Below, in pieces: positions 22,126-38,637 of a stretch of 58,799 nucleotides of DNA. Positions within the stretch are counted from its first letter, which is position 1; the number at the start of each line of letters is the position of its first letter. This stretch comes from Cyanophora paradoxa CCMP329 (lineage: Eukaryota; Plantae; Glaucophyta). The position numbers and the translations under genes were made by a program. Where the stretch lies: NCBI GenBank assembly GCA_004431415.1, contig QPMI01000337.1, forward strand, positions 1 through 58,799. The letters are read 5' to 3'. The notes beneath the pieces are model-generated. The model was given only the letters and a program-made list of their open reading frames with translations. It searched no databases and had not been told where the DNA came from.

Positions 22126-25100
22126 CTAGTAGGGCTTGCCGCGCCCGGAGGCGGCGACGATGGAGGCGGTCTCGGCGGTGAAGGCGCCGTTGGCGGCGAG
22201 CTCGTCCACGTCGAGGTGCAGCCGCCAGCGCCAGTAGTGCTCCGCGTTCGCCGGCACGTTGATCTGCCCCCGCGTTGGGAGGCGCCCGGGGGCGGGGCGG
22301 GGCGGGGCGGGGCGGGGCGGGGCGGGCCTGCTCGTCGCGGGGGTTGGGCCAGCAGAGCTCCTTGCGGAGGGCGACCAGGTCCTGCCGGCCCCGTGAGGCC
22401 CTGCCGGGGCGGGGCGGCGGCGCGCGCGGCGCGGGCGGGGCGGGCCTGGATGGGGAAGACGGCGAGGACGGAGGGGGAGCGGAGGTGCTGCTCCACGATG
22501 GCCTTGGCGATGTGCGGCTCGCAGGCCTGCGGGGCCCCGCCCTGCATCCCCAGCATCCCGTTGTAGAACTTCTGCGTCTTCCCGCGGTCCTCCTCCCACC
22601 AGCCCCTGCCCGCCCCTCGTCTCACCTTCGAGCGGGGCGGGGCGGGGCGGCTGGGGGCGGACCGGACGGTGGACATGTCGTGGCAGGAGGGGGTGCAGAC
22701 GGTGAGGTAGGGGTAGGCGGCGGGGTCGCCGAAGTCGACCTTGTCCTCCGCCGGCATGCGCTGGATGCGGAGGCCCAGGATGGCGAGCCGCTCCAGCACG
22801 CCCGCCACGCACTCCGGCACCATCCCCAGGTCCTCCCCGCACACCAGCATGTCCGACGCGTCCTTCATCATCGGCAGCTTCTCCATCGCCTTGCCCGCCC
22901 ACAGCCCGTCCTGCCGCTCGTAGAAGTAGCTGCCGCGCCGCCGCCGTCAGCGGCGCCGCGGGGCGGGGCGGGGCGGGGCGGGGCGGGGCCGGGGGCGCGC
23001 TTGACGTAGAGGTTATAGAGCTCGCGCTTCCAGTCGGCAGAGGGGAGCTCGTTGTACGAGGAGGTGTTGTGCATGAGGATGCGCGGGTGGTACGCGTCGG
23101 CCTCCTCGTCGTCCCGCCGCAGCACCACGTTGTCCATCAGCTCGAACAGCCCGTTCCGCGTCTGCCCCGCACCGTCACCCCGCGCCCCCGGCTGCGCGCC
23201 CGGGGGCCGGGTCCCTCACCCGCTCGGCGGCAGTGCGCTGCCACTCGGGGGCGTCCGCCGGCACCCGGAGCGCCGCCTGGCGGCCCGCCGCGTCGGGGCG
23301 GGGTAGGGAGCCGGGGCAGGGAGGGGGCCGGCGCGCCTCGATCTTGCGCTCGGTGTCGAACTGGGGCCGGAAGCGGAAGGCGTGCGGGCGCGGCTCGCAC
23401 GGCTCAAAGTACTGCCCCGCCCGGCCCCGGTCGGCGGCGCGAGGGCGGCGGGGGGCGGGGCGGGCGGGGCGGGCGGACGGTGTCGAGGATGCGCTGCGCC
23501 TCGGGCTGGGGGAAGATGCGCTCCACGAGGTGCCGCCGCACGTACGGCTCTGCGCAGCCCGTCACACGCCGCCCGCCCCGCGCGCGCGCTGCGGCCGGCG
23601 GCGCGCCTGTGAGGCGGTTGATGTCCCAGATGCCGAACTTGTCGAGCTCCGCCTTGCGGATGGGGATGGCGGGGCGGAAGCGGCCTGGCGGGGGTGAGGG
23701 GCGGCGGGGCGGGCGGGGTCGTGCGGACCGAGGAGGCCGGTGACGCAGTAGTCGGGGATCTCCCAGATGCGGAAGAAGCCGAGGATGTGGTCGATGCGGT
23801 AGGCGTGGAAGTACTTGGCCATGTGCCGCAGCCGCATCCGCCACCACGCGTACCCGTCCTTCCCCATCTCCTCCCAGTTGTACGTCGGGAAGCCCCAGTT
23901 CTGGCCCATCACCGCTGCGCCCCGCTCGCGGAGCGCAGGACGGGGCGGGGCGGGGCGGGGCGCGAACCGAAGAAGTCGGGCGGGGCCCCGGTCTGCGTGT
24001 TCATGCGGAAGAGGCTCCGGGCGATCCAGGTGTCCGCGCTGCGCCCCGTCAGGCGCGAGGCAGGGGCGGGGGGCGGGGGGCGGGGGCGGGGGGCGGCGCG
24101 CCAGGCCTTGTTGACGCCGATGGGGAGGTCGCCCTTGACGGCGACGTGCTTCGAGACGGCGTACCTGGCCCCGCCCCGGCCCGCTGAGGGGCGCCGGGGA
24201 GCCGGCTGGGCGGCGGGGGGCGCACTGGGTGGCCTCGAGGAGCTGGCGGTGGGCGTGGAACTGGACGAAGCAGTGGAGGGTCACAGCGTCAAAGTGGGGC
24301 GAGCCCGGCGCCGCGAACGCCTCCATCTCCGCCTGCGCGCCCCTCTCCGCGCGCGCAGCGGGGCGGGGGGAGGCGGGGCGGGGGCGGACGCGGGACATGT
24401 GGGCGCGCTTGCCCCAGCGGGAGAAATCGGCCGAGTCGGTGAGGTCGCGGAAGAAGCAGAAGACGGCGTAGGGGAGGAGCCAGTCGGCGTTCTCCGCGTA
24501 GAAGGCCCGGTACTCGGGCGAGGCGAGGAAGGCGGACTTGTGGGCGAGGTAGAGCTCGCGCAGCACGCGCCGCTTCAGCTTCATCACCCCCTCGAAGTCC
24601 ACCGCCGGCAGCGCGTTCAGCCGCTTCTGCTCCTCCTCCACCTCCCGCCCCAGGCCCGCCGGCATGCCCCCGACCGCCGCCAGGTTCACGTACCCCGGGT
24701 GCAGCGCGATCACCGACACCGAACTGCGCCCCGCTCGCCCCGCGGCGCGGCGGTGCGGCGGGCCGGGACGGGGCGGGGGCGCGCCTGTAGGGGTACGAGT
24801 CGCGCCAGGTCCCTGTGACGGTGGTGTCGTTGACGGGGAGGAGCTGGGCGGGGCGTCAGGGCGAGGGGCGGCGGGGGCGCGTGGCGGGGGCGGGGAGGGC
24901 GGGGCGGGGCGGGCCTGGATGAGCTGGATGCTGCACTTGGCGCAGAGGTCGACGAGGGGCTTGAGGTCCAGGAACTCCCCGATGCCCCCGCTCCGCCCCG
25001 TCCGCAGCGAGAAGACCGGCACCGCCACCCCGGCCCCGCGCCACGCCCCCTCGTACTGCCCTCGCCCCCGTCGCCCGGCGCCGGCGGGGGCGGAGGAGCG

Positions 25101-26392
25101 GCGCGGGCGGGGCGCGGGGGCGCACGCGGAAGTTCTCCTCGTGGAAGAGGGTGATGCTGGCGGGGAGGCCCTTGGCGCCCTGCGCGCCCGCCCCCGCCTC
25201 CTCCACCCTGCCGCCCCACCGCTCGGCGGGGCCCGCGCGGGGCGAAGCGGGGAGGGGCGGGGCGGGCACAGGTCGAGGGCGTCGAGGGGGAGGATGCGGT
25301 TGTCGCCGGCCTCCCACGCCGGCTCCGAGCGGTCCGCCCGCGCCGCCACGAACTTGTACCTGCCGCCCGCCCCGCCCCGTCCCGCCTCACCCCCAGCAAA
25401 GAAGAGAAAAGGAGGGAAAAGGAAGGGGCGGACGAGAGGGGCAGGTCCTCGCGGGCGACGAGGAGGTCGACGCTCCAGAGGGGGAACGCCTCGCCGCTCA
25501 TCGGCACCGCCTTCTTCACGTCCCACCCGCCCAGCGCCGCCGGCGCCCCGCACACGAACACCGTGTCCTCCGGGCCCACCCGCGGCGCGTACAGCTGCAA
25601 CCGCACCCACAGCCGCCCCTTCGAGCCGGCCGCCGTGATCGCTGCGGGCGGGCGGCTCGCGCGGGGGCTAGCGGCAGGCAGGGAAAGGAGGGCAGACCGA
25701 CGGGCTCGGACGGGGCGGGGGCGCTCTTCTTCGCGCGGCCGAAGATGACGTCGCGGAAGGCGGAGGTCATGAAGATGGTCTCGGGGTCCGAGCCCTTCTG
25801 CTCGCCCCGCTCGGCCCGCGCGCGGGGCCCGGAGCGGCGCGCCGCGCACCCGCCAAGAGTCCTTGAGCTCGACCGCGGTGAGGCTCTTGACGACGTCGGC
25901 GGCGAGCTTAAGGGTGCGGTAGCCGCCGCCCTCCACCTCCACGGAGCCGTCGCCGCTCTTGAGCACGTAGCGGTACTTGAAGCCCTCGATGAGCGCCGAC
26001 GCCGGCAGCGCCATCGTCGCCCGCCACTTCGCCCACGGCGCATAGGTCAACGCCGCGCCGGGCGCGCCGTCCTTTGCAGCGAGCTGCGGGATGGAACCCT
26101 CCACGAAAAGGACCTGGCCAAACTGCGCGAAGAGAATGAGACGAGCTGAAGGGTCGCGCGCAGGCCTGAGCCGGCGGCTATCCCAACTGCCGTGCACGAC
26201 TGCGCGCGCCCGGCCACCCTGCGCGGCCGGAGGGTCGAAGGTGGCGAATTCGAGACGCACCTGAGTGTCATAGCTGGTCTTGAATGTCACCCTCACGCTG
26301 CCTGCGAGTCGGGCGCACGAGCGGTCAGCGCGCAAAGACAGTTCGGCAGGAAAAGCGCCGCTACAGTATGCAGGCGCACCTGCGACGGCCAT
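22126..26392 (-). CDS. DPE2: 4-alpha-glucanotransferase DPE2 (two CBM20 domains + GH77)
   Basis: CBM20 motifs DTQFGQVLFVEGSIPQL and VFVCGAPAALGGWD..YKFV..WEAGDNR. GH77 motifs WRGAGVAVPVFSLRT, GIGEFLDLK, KGDLPIGV, GAPPDFF, GQNWGFPTYNW, AYRIDHILGFFRIWEIP, LVCGEDLGMVP, PSCHDMST, INVPA..YWRWRLH. No transit peptide. Confidence 0.96.
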
Positions 26393-26488
26393 CGTGGCGA
26401 ACCGGCCCGCCTGGCGGTCAACCAAGCAGGCACCGAACGAGCTGTAGCCCCCCCTCGACCCCAGGTCCCCCCTCAAGCCGCCCCTGCG

Positions 26489-29400
26489 ATGTCGGTCTTC
26501 GACGCGCAGGTCCGTATTCTTGCGCATGGAGCACATGCGCACCTCACGCGCGTGCCCTCCAGGAGCTGGCCGTCGGGTGGTCGGGCCCCATCTCGGCGGC
26601 CGACACCTGGGCCGCGAACCTCGTTGCCGGCACAACCGACGGGCAGCTCCTGTTGCTTGCGCGGCTCAGCGGATCAGATGGTGCGGCGCCCGCTCCGCTC
26701 GGGTTCGCGGCGTCACCGCGCGCTCGCAGGCGCCCCCAGCTCGCTGCGGGTCATGGACAGGCGGGACGGCCCCAAGAGACCGGTCGAGCAAATCTCTGTT
26801 GTCGAGCGCCTCTTCGCAGTCCTCGCGCTCTCCGGTGCGCCGTTCGCTCGGCGCGCCCGCGGCGCTGACGGCCGTGGCCAGACTCCGTCGTCTCCGTCCA
26901 CGATCTGTCGAGCCTGAAGCACGTGCGAGATCAGTTCGGCAAAGGCACTGTGGCGTACGCGCTGTACACGCCGCGGCCCGGGGAGCAGCACCCCATCCAG
27001 GTCTGCTGCGCCATCAAGCGCTCGCTGCACCTCTACTCGTGGAACGCCGAGAGGAAGAAGTTCGACGTCGAGAAGGCACGCGCGCCTCCGGAACGGCGCG
27101 GGCGGGCACGGGCCTGAGGGGCGCGCAGCGGCTGGAAAACGCGCTGGCGGACTCGCCGCGGGCGCTCCGCTTCCTGGGCCCTTCGCTGCTGCTGGCGACC
27201 TTCCGGAGGGACTTCGCGGCCGTCAACGTTGCCACGGGGGCCGTGTACGAGATCACGCTCCCCGCCGCCCCGCCGGGGGCCCCCGCGGAGGGCGGCGGCG
27301 GCATCCTCGCCTCGGCGGCCGGCTACGTGAGCGCAGCGTACGCGGGGGCACCCCTCGCGGCGGCCGCCGCGCCGGTGTCCCCCGACGAGGTCCTCCTCGC
27401 GCGCGACGGTGAGGGCCCCCCCGACCCGCCCTCGAGGCCGCTGACGCCGAGCCGCGGGGCAGGCGTGGGACACTTCGTGGGCCCGACGGGGCTCCCCACG
27501 GGGCGCCCGCCGCTCTCGTGGCCCCAGCAGCCGGCGCACGTCGCCGTCTGCCCGCCCTTCGTCCTCGCCCTCCTCCCCGCCGCCGCCTCCCCCGCCGCCT
27601 CCCCCGGCTCCTCCCTCGGCGCCGGCTCCTACCGCGGCCCCTCGCCGGCCGCCGGGGGCCCCGCCGCGGTGCTGCACGTGCACCTGCTGCTCCCGGCGAT
27701 GCAGCGGGCGCCCGTGCTGATCCAGGTGGCGCCGGCCCCGGGGCGCGGCTGCTGGCGGCGCGGGCGCTGGCGGCGGTATACGCGCTCGGGGAGCGGGGGC
27801 GGTGCTGCTGGCGCCGCTGGGGCGGTGGAGCAGGCGCTGGGGCTGGCGGGGGCGGGCGCCTGGAGGAGGCCCTCGCCCTCGCCGACCTCGAGGAGGACGA
27901 CGCCGCCCGCGACGCCGCCTCCCGCGCACGCCACCCGCCGCCCCGCCCCGCCCCGCCCGCACCCCCTCACCCCGCCCCGCGCGCAGCACCTGCGACGGCA
28001 GTACGCGCGGCAGCTGCTCGAGCGGCGCGATTTCGAGGGCGGCCTTGCCCAGCTCCGCGCCGCCCGCGCCCCGCTCGCCGAGGCCCGCCCGCCCCCTGCC
28101 CCGTGCCCCGCCCGTGCCTCACCCCGCGCAGGTCCTTGGCATCTTCCGGCGCCTGCTGCCCGTCTCCTCTGAGCTGGCGGAGAAGCTGCGCGGCCCGCGC
28201 GCGGAGCCGGCTCCGCACGCAGCCTTTCCCACGGCGGGTGGCGTGCCGGACGCGCCCCTCCCTGTCCTCGGTGCGCGCGCCGGCAGGCCGGTGGTGCAAG
28301 CGCGGCGAGCATGCCTGAGGCGGGGGCAGAGGGGGACGTGGAGGGGGCGGGCGTGGAGGCGCTGGGGGCCCTGGTGGACGACCTGCTGCAGCGCCGGGCG
28401 GAGCTCACCGGCGCCGCGCGGACGGGCGAGGCCGGCCCGGCGCTGGGGGCGGGGGAGGCGGAGGCGGGGCGGCGCGGGGTGGACACGGCGCTGCTGGAGG
28501 CGTACGTGCGGTGCCGGGAGGCGCTCGTGGGGCCCTTCCTCGACGCCCGCCCCGCCGTCGCCTTCCCCGACGCCGCCGCCGTCCTCTCCGCCGCCCGCGT
28601 CCGCCACCCCCGCCCCGCCTGCGCCCTCTCTTCCCCCGGCGACACCGGCCGGCGCAGAAATACCGCGAGCTCGGCCGCCTGCACGCCGCGCACGGCGCCC
28701 ACAGCGACGCCCTCGCCCTCTTCAAGCGGTCCGTCATCCCCGCGGCGACTGCCACCCCACCCGCCGACGCCCCGCAGGCTGGCCGACGAGGGGTACCGGG
28801 AAGAGGGGGCGGGGGCGGGCGGGGCGCCGTTCGGGGCGCAAGCGGCGGTGGAGTACCTAGTGGAGCTGCGGCGGCGGCGCCCGGGGCTGCCCGAGGCGGA
28901 GGCGGGGGCGGCGGAGGCGGCGGAGGAGGCGGGGGCGGCGTGGCTGCTGCGGGAGCACCCGGAGGCCGGCCTCGCGCTCCTCACGGACCCGTCGGCGCGG
29001 TACGGGGCCCCGGTGGGGCGGAGGAGGCGGCAGCGGGGCGGGCGCTGGCGCTGGTGCGGGCGCACGCCCCGCGCCTCGCCCTCCGCCTCCTCGAGCACCT
29101 CGTCTCCGAGCGGCGCGTCCCCTCCCCGGCCCTCCACACCGCCCTCGCCGCCGCCCTCCTCCGCCGCGCCCTCCCCGCCCCCCCGGCCCCGGCCCCCGCC
29201 CCCGCCCCCGTTCCCGCCCCGTCTCCGGCCTCCACTTCCGCCCAGCCGGCCACGTCCAAGAAGGGCAAGAAAGGAAAGCAGCAGCAGCAGGCGCAGCAGC
29301 AGGCGCAGCAGCCGCCGCCACCGGCGGAGGCGGCGGCGACGGTGCCGGCTGCGGAGGCGGGGCCGGCGGCGGAGGGCCTCTTGGAGGTAGAGGTGGAGGG

Positions 29401-30343
29401 GGCGGCGAGCGAGGAGGAAGCGCGGGAGAGCGCGGGGCGGCTGGTGCGGCTGCTGGAGGCGTCGGCGCACTGCGAGGCGGGGCCGCTGCTCGCGCTGCTG
29501 GAGGCGCGGGGCGGGGCGGGGCGCTGCCGGAGGCGCGGGCGCTGCTGCTGGGGCGGCTGGGGCGGCTGCGGGAGGCGTTCGCGCTGCAGGTGCACGCGCT
29601 GGGGCCCCCGCCCTGGCGGAGCGCTTCTGCGAGCGGCGCTACGCGGAGAGCCCCGCCGCCGGCGCCGACGCCTACGCCGCCCTCCTCGAGGCCCGCCCCC
29701 CCGCCCCCCCGCCCTCCCGTCGCAGCTCGTGAGGCCTTCCCCGCAGGTGTGCGTGCGGCCCGGGGAGGGGCGGGAGGCGAACGCCGCGCTGGCGCTGGAG
29801 CTGCTGGAGCGGCACGCGACGCGCTTCGAGCCGGCGGCGGTGCTGGCGGCGCTCCCCGAGGAGCTCCCCGTCGGGCCCGTCGTCGCCGGCTTCGTGCAGC
29901 GCGTCGTCCGCGGCAGCACCGCCGCCTACCGCTCCGCCCTCCTCCTCAAGTCCCTCCTCCACGTCCAGAGCGCCCAGGCCCGCCCCGCCCCGCCCCGCCC
30001 CGCCCCGCCCCCGGCCAGCGTGCGCCGCCCGGGCGAGCCGGCGCCGGGGCGCAGGTCGAGGTGGAGCTCGGCGACCTCAAGCGCGCCTGCGTCACCGTCG
30101 TGCGCCCCGCCCGCCTCCGCTTTCCCCTCGCGCCCCCTCAGGCCTCACGTGCCCCCCCGCGCCCCGCAGGAGCCGCACCGGACGTGCCCCGTCTGCGGCA
30201 AGCGGATCGGGACGGCGGTCTTCGCGCTCTACCCCAACCGCTCCACCCTCGTGCACTACTCGTGCTGCCGCGACCGCAGCGTCGACCCCGTCACTGGCCA
30301 CAACTACGGCGGGGCTAGCGCTGCCGGCGCGCACGGCGCGTAG
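26489..30343 (+). CDS. Vps39 / TGFBRAP1 (Vps3)-family tethering subunit
   Basis: N-terminal CNH-like propeller (RPVEQISVVERL, VCCAIKRSLHLYSW, EVLLARD.VGHFVGPTG), helical repeats (VDTALLEAY, KYRELGRLHAAHGAHSDALAL) and a C-terminal zinc finger CPVCGKRIGTAVFALYPN..VHYSC. Some apparent frameshifts in G/C runs. Confidence 0.85.
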
Positions 30344-30563
30344 CAAGTAGCACCCTTTTCTCATCCCTATGTACAGGATGCGTGCTTTGCAACGTTTAAG
30401 CGGCCGCCGGGCCGAAGAAGGATGGCCGATCGAGGAACGCGAACGAAGGAAGCGGGGTTGGGGGGATTCTAAGAGAGCCGGCCCGGGAGGGGGTACGCCT
30501 CGTCACCCTGACTTGCGGCCGCCAGCTGAGGCTGGCAGGGCCAGCAGGGCCCGCGCGTAGAAC

Positions 30564-30673
30564 ATGCGCATCGACCAGATCACAAACCGCGATGACCAGA
30601 TCCAGCCTCCAACGCCCTCTCCGCAGCCCAACCATGGCACAAGTCTGAGCATTCGCCCGAGCCACAACAGTCC

Positions 30674-30717
<44 letters not shown>

Positions 30718-33700
30718 TGCCGAGCGGCCACGGCATGCAATTGTTGCAGCAGCAGCAGCAGTTCGCGCAGCAGCAGCAGCAGCAGCAGGTCGTTGCAAAC
30801 CTTCCCGCCGGCCCTGCTCAATCTCTGATGCTGCAGCCGCATCTGTTTGCACAGCCGTTCGTAGGCACGGGAGCGCCGTGCAGCGGCGTTGTCGTGCCCG
30901 TTCGACACCCGCCGGCGAACGCGATGATGCAGGCTCCTATGCATTACGGGCATCATTACATGGGCGCTTACGGGATGCAGATGCACGTCAACGCGCCACA
31001 GCAGATGTCGCCGCATCCAATCCCACAACATCAGCTGCAGGCGACTGCTTCTCAACCTCTGCAACCCTCGCAGCACCCGCCAACAGCCTATCAGATCCCG
31101 CATCACCCGCTGCAGTCGACCCTCTTCCACTTCGCGCAGCCGCTACCGCTGCAACACCAGCTGCAGCCGACTGCAGCTGCATCTGGGGCTGTGCAGCCCC
31201 CGCAGCACCAGTCAGCTGCCCCTCAAATCCCGCAGCCTTCGCACCATGTCGCCTCTCAGATCCCGCAGGCTCCGCAGCACCAGCTGCAGCCAACTGCCCC
31301 TCAAATCCGGCAGAATCCGCAGCACCAACTGAGTGCAGCCGCCTTTCAGAACGAGCAGCCACTGCAGCTAGCGCCCGCTGCAGCTCCCGCCCCCAGTTCA
31401 AGCGAGTCACAAGCAGGGTCCCGATTCAGAGCAGGATACCTCAACACCCTCAAGCAGAACCACGCACCGTTCAAGCTGGGAGGTACGCAGATCCCGTCTG
31501 AGCGCCTCATCCACCCTGACGCGTTCTCCATGCAGCGATCGCTGAGTTCCTCGACAACGCACGAGATGCAGGCGCGAAGCTCATCCAAATCACGCAGCAG
31601 AAATCACTCCCCATTCCGAAAGCCTGGCACGGCGGCGGGAGCGGCGCGCGAATGAGTGGCGCGGCCATTGCTATCACAGACGTGCGCCCCCCCCTCACCT
31701 TCCTCTTCCCCAGCCCTGAATCTCCTCTCGCAGGACGGGAAGGGCATGGCCATGGAGGAGCTGGAACAGTGCTTCCTGTACGGAGGCTCGAGCAAGGATG
31801 CGGCGGCTATTGGGGGGTACGGGGTCGGCTTCAAGAGCGGCGCCGCGCGCGTCGCCAAGGAGGCGGCCGTCTTCACCATCACTGGCAACGGCGACCGCTG
31901 CGTGGGCCTCTTCGGCAAGTTCTACATTGACATGAAGGACAGCATGGACGCTGTCGTCGTTGGTGCGCCCTGCCCGCTCGCCCGAGCCCGCCTCGCCCAC
32001 TTACTTGTGCGCGCCGCAAGCCCCGTGGCCGCGGGCCGGGGAGCCGTACGCGAGCACGCCAAGACGGGAGGATTTCATGCGCTATTCGGCATTCCCGACC
32101 CCCGAGGAGGTGGAGGCGGAGCTCGCCAAGGTGGGCGGCGGCAGCGGGAGCGGGACGCGCGTCGTCCTGTACGACCTGCTGGAAGACGACCAGCCGCTCG
32201 CCTTCACCCCCGACGGCACGGACCTCGTCGTGAAGCGACGCAACGGGAGCCCCTTCGTCCTCCCCTCCCGCACCGAGCAGCAGCTCCTCCCGGGGACGCC
32301 GCTCCCCGCGGACAGCTCCCTGCGCGCCTACTGCGGCCTCCTCTTCGCGGGCGAGGGGCCCAGCTTCGAGATCGGGGGCGAGGCGGTCCCGCAGAAGGCG
32401 CCGGAGGATGTCCTGGAGGCGGATCCGGAGCACCGCGTCCAGTACGAAGCCGAGTTCGGCGACGAAGGCGGATCGGTCGTCGTGAGCTACAGCTTCGGCT
32501 TCTCCCCTCGGCACCACGCGAAGCGCATCCCGGGGGCCTTCTGGTACTACAAGGAGCGGCTCATCCTCGCGTTCCTGCCCGTGGGGGACCAGGGCCGCGG
32601 CACGCAGAAGCTCCGCGGCGTCACCTGCGTCGTCCGCATCGACGGCTCGGGCCGCGACTCGCGACTGGATGTCACGAACACGAAGCAGGCAGGCTTGCCA
32701 GGGCGCGCCCATCCGCGCGAAAGGCTCAACGCTATGCGCAGGGCTTTGTGGCCACGCCGCTGCTGGAGGAGCTCAAGCGCTCCCTCAAGAAGTTTGCTGA
32801 CGTGTACTGGAACAAGGTCGCCGAGGACGGCGGTCCCGATATCTTGCGACAGCCCCGCAACATCGTGCCACCGCGTTCGAAGAAGTGGGTGGGCTGTACC
32901 GCTTGGTGCGCCCTCGAATCCAGCACCCGGGGCGCGATCGACGCACTGAGCGTCGCGCGCAGCAACAAGTGGCGGCGGCTTCCCGCGGATCACCCCAACA
33001 TCGGGGAGGATGATGATTGGTGCGGCATTTTTGCCGGCGTGCGCTGGCTTCGAACTGGCCTCGAAGAGTGGGGCGCAGGTTCTGCGCGATGTGTCCGGAC
33101 CGGGACGTGTGCTGCGAGGACCCTTCAGACCCAACCAAGAAGGACGAGCGGATGGTCAGCGCACGGGGCTTTGGTGGAGCCTCGACAGAGGGCGCCCAAC
33201 GTCAGCTCGAGCTGGAGGGTGACCCCGGGGCTGGGCCCGCCCACGCCAAGCATCCGGCGACCGCCAAATCCGGAAAAGCCATCACGCCCACGAAGGGCAT
33301 GAGGCTTGCCGTGGCCTCCAAGCCGGAGGGCGGCGCCAAGTCCTCGAACCCTTCAAAGCCCGGCGCCAAGCGGGCAAGGGACGAGGAGCCCGCGGGGAAG
33401 GCCGAGGCTGCAGGGCCCTCGCCCGCCAAGCGAGCAGAGAAGGTCGGGCCGGGATCAGCTGCCAAGCGCCCGGCGCCTGCCCCAGGGGCCGCCGCCAAGC
33501 CCTCCGCCTCGTCTTCGTCGGGCAAGGACGCCGAGCCTGAGCGCAAGAAGCCAAGTGCGCGCCGCCCCCGGCCCCCTGCGGATCTGGAGCACGCATTTCT
33601 GACCCTCCGACCCAGATTTCGGCTTTCTGGCGGAGGCGGGCTCGGGACTGCTGACCAAGCGACCGGAGCAGCCCAAGCCCGCATCAGGCGCCAAGCCCGC

Positions 33701-34827
33701 CGCCTCCAGCAAGCCGGCACCGGCCCCCGCCTCGTCGTCGGGCAGGCCGAAGTCGCCCCCGAAGCGGGCGCCGGCGACGGCGCTTAGGCCGGGCTTCGAC
33801 ATCGGGGCGGCGCTGACGGCGGTGGACGCGGTGGACCAGCTCGCCCAGGGGCGCGCGGCCCCGCCCGCCAAGCGCATCAAGCGGGAGGAGCCGGCGCCAA
33901 GCGCCAGCTCGGCCGGCCACGGCAGTCCCCTTAGCACCGCCTCGAGCTCCCCCACCGCCTCCCCGAGACCCGCCCCCGCCTCCAACGCCCGCCCCGCCCC
34001 CCCGCCGCCCAGCGGCCCCCAAGCATCCGGATCCGCGTCTGCTTCCTCCGCCCCGAAGAAGCCCGCCGCTGCCGCCGCTGCCGCTGCCCCGGCCAGCCCA
34101 ATCAGCCCCCGGAGGCCTTCTTCCCCCAACCCCTTCCTCACATCCGACTTCCCCAAGAGCCCGCCCATCACAACTTCCTCCGCCCCAGGGAGCCCCGCCC
34201 CCGCCCCCGCGGCCCCCAGCGCGAGCTCTGCTGTCGAAGCAGCTGCACCGGAGCCGCCGACCGCGGGCCCCAGCGCGCCGTTGCGGCCGCCGTCGTCCTC
34301 GGGGCAGGGGGCCGCGGTGTCGGCCCCCCCGCCGCAAGGGGCGAGGCCGCGCTCCTCCTTCAGGCTCGTCGGCTACGACGCCATCAAAAAGCGGGACTTC
34401 CGCATCGGCACCTTCCAGCCGGCCTCCGACGTCCCCCCGCACTTCCCCGAGTGGTGAGCCCCCGGCCCCGCCCCCACGCTCCTTGGTCGCGAGGGCCCAC
34501 CCGAGCGGCAGGCCGCGCGAGTGGCTCGTCTCCGATGCATCGGCGCCCCCGATCGACGCGGCGGACCCGTCTTTCGAGCTGACGGCTCTCGCTGTCGACC
34601 CCGCCGCCCGAATCGACAAGCTCAGCGCGTACATGGCCAGCAAGGATCGCGTGCTCCGGTACCCCCGGAAGGGCCAGCTCCTGGACAGGGAAGGGAGGGT
34701 GCACGCCGAAAGGGACCTCTCGGAGGGCTACGCGTTTGTCGTCAGCCTCGCGGACCCGGAGCTCGTCGCCGCCGGGCATTCCCCCATGCCCCCGGCTCTC
34801 AACGTCCACTTCCTCCGCCTCAAGTGA
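30564..34827 (+). CDS. MORC-family GHKL ATPase with CW zinc finger, polyQ N-terminus and an extra C-terminal globular domain
   Basis: Spliced: GYLNTLKQNH, GAIAEFLDNARDAGA (motif I), ITD|DGKGM (motif II), IGGYGVGFKSGAAR (motif III). S5-fold motifs SLRAYCGLLF, FWYYKERLI and LDVTNTKQ|GF. CW finger WVGCTACNKWRRLP..W|FCAMCPD..C. Confidence 0.88.
30675..30716 (+). repeat. (CAG)14 microsatellite encoding polyQ
   Basis: Pure CAG run in the first MORC exon, followed by shorter CAG runs. Confidence 0.95.
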
Positions 34828-35122
34828 CCGCCCCGCCGCCCCCGGGCCCACCGCTCCATGCCGTCCCCTCGCCCTTCCTCTCTGACGGCCTCCGCCCCCG
34901 CTTTCCTTCGCGCCTGCCCCACCCCGCCCCTCGCCCACGCACCTCTACCCCGAGCGCTAGCGCTAGGCTAGGTACAGTCGCCAAGTGTATACAAACTGCA
35001 TTGAAGTCGGCAAACGTATACGATCATCGGATGCGTGCGGCCCCCCGAGCCTCGGAGCTTCGCAGGGGCGCGGTTGCGAATACATTTAAGAGAACGAAGA
35101 GGGGCGGGCGCCGGCCGGGCTA

Positions 35123-38420
<3,298 letters not shown>

Positions 38421-38637
38421 GCTGTCGTGTCCTTCCGCGGTGTACCCGAGCCAATGGCCTCAATCTGCGTACCCAACGACAGAATTAGCCGACACGCAGA
38501 ACGCCGTACCGGAACGAGCTCCTCCGCGCCAAAGTTTGCTTACGCTATCTGAGTGCGCGCGTTCAACCGGCAGCGCTGTCGTCGCACTGCAGCGGATCTC
38601 TTGACCCACCGCACCTGGGTCCGCATCTCGGCGCGGG

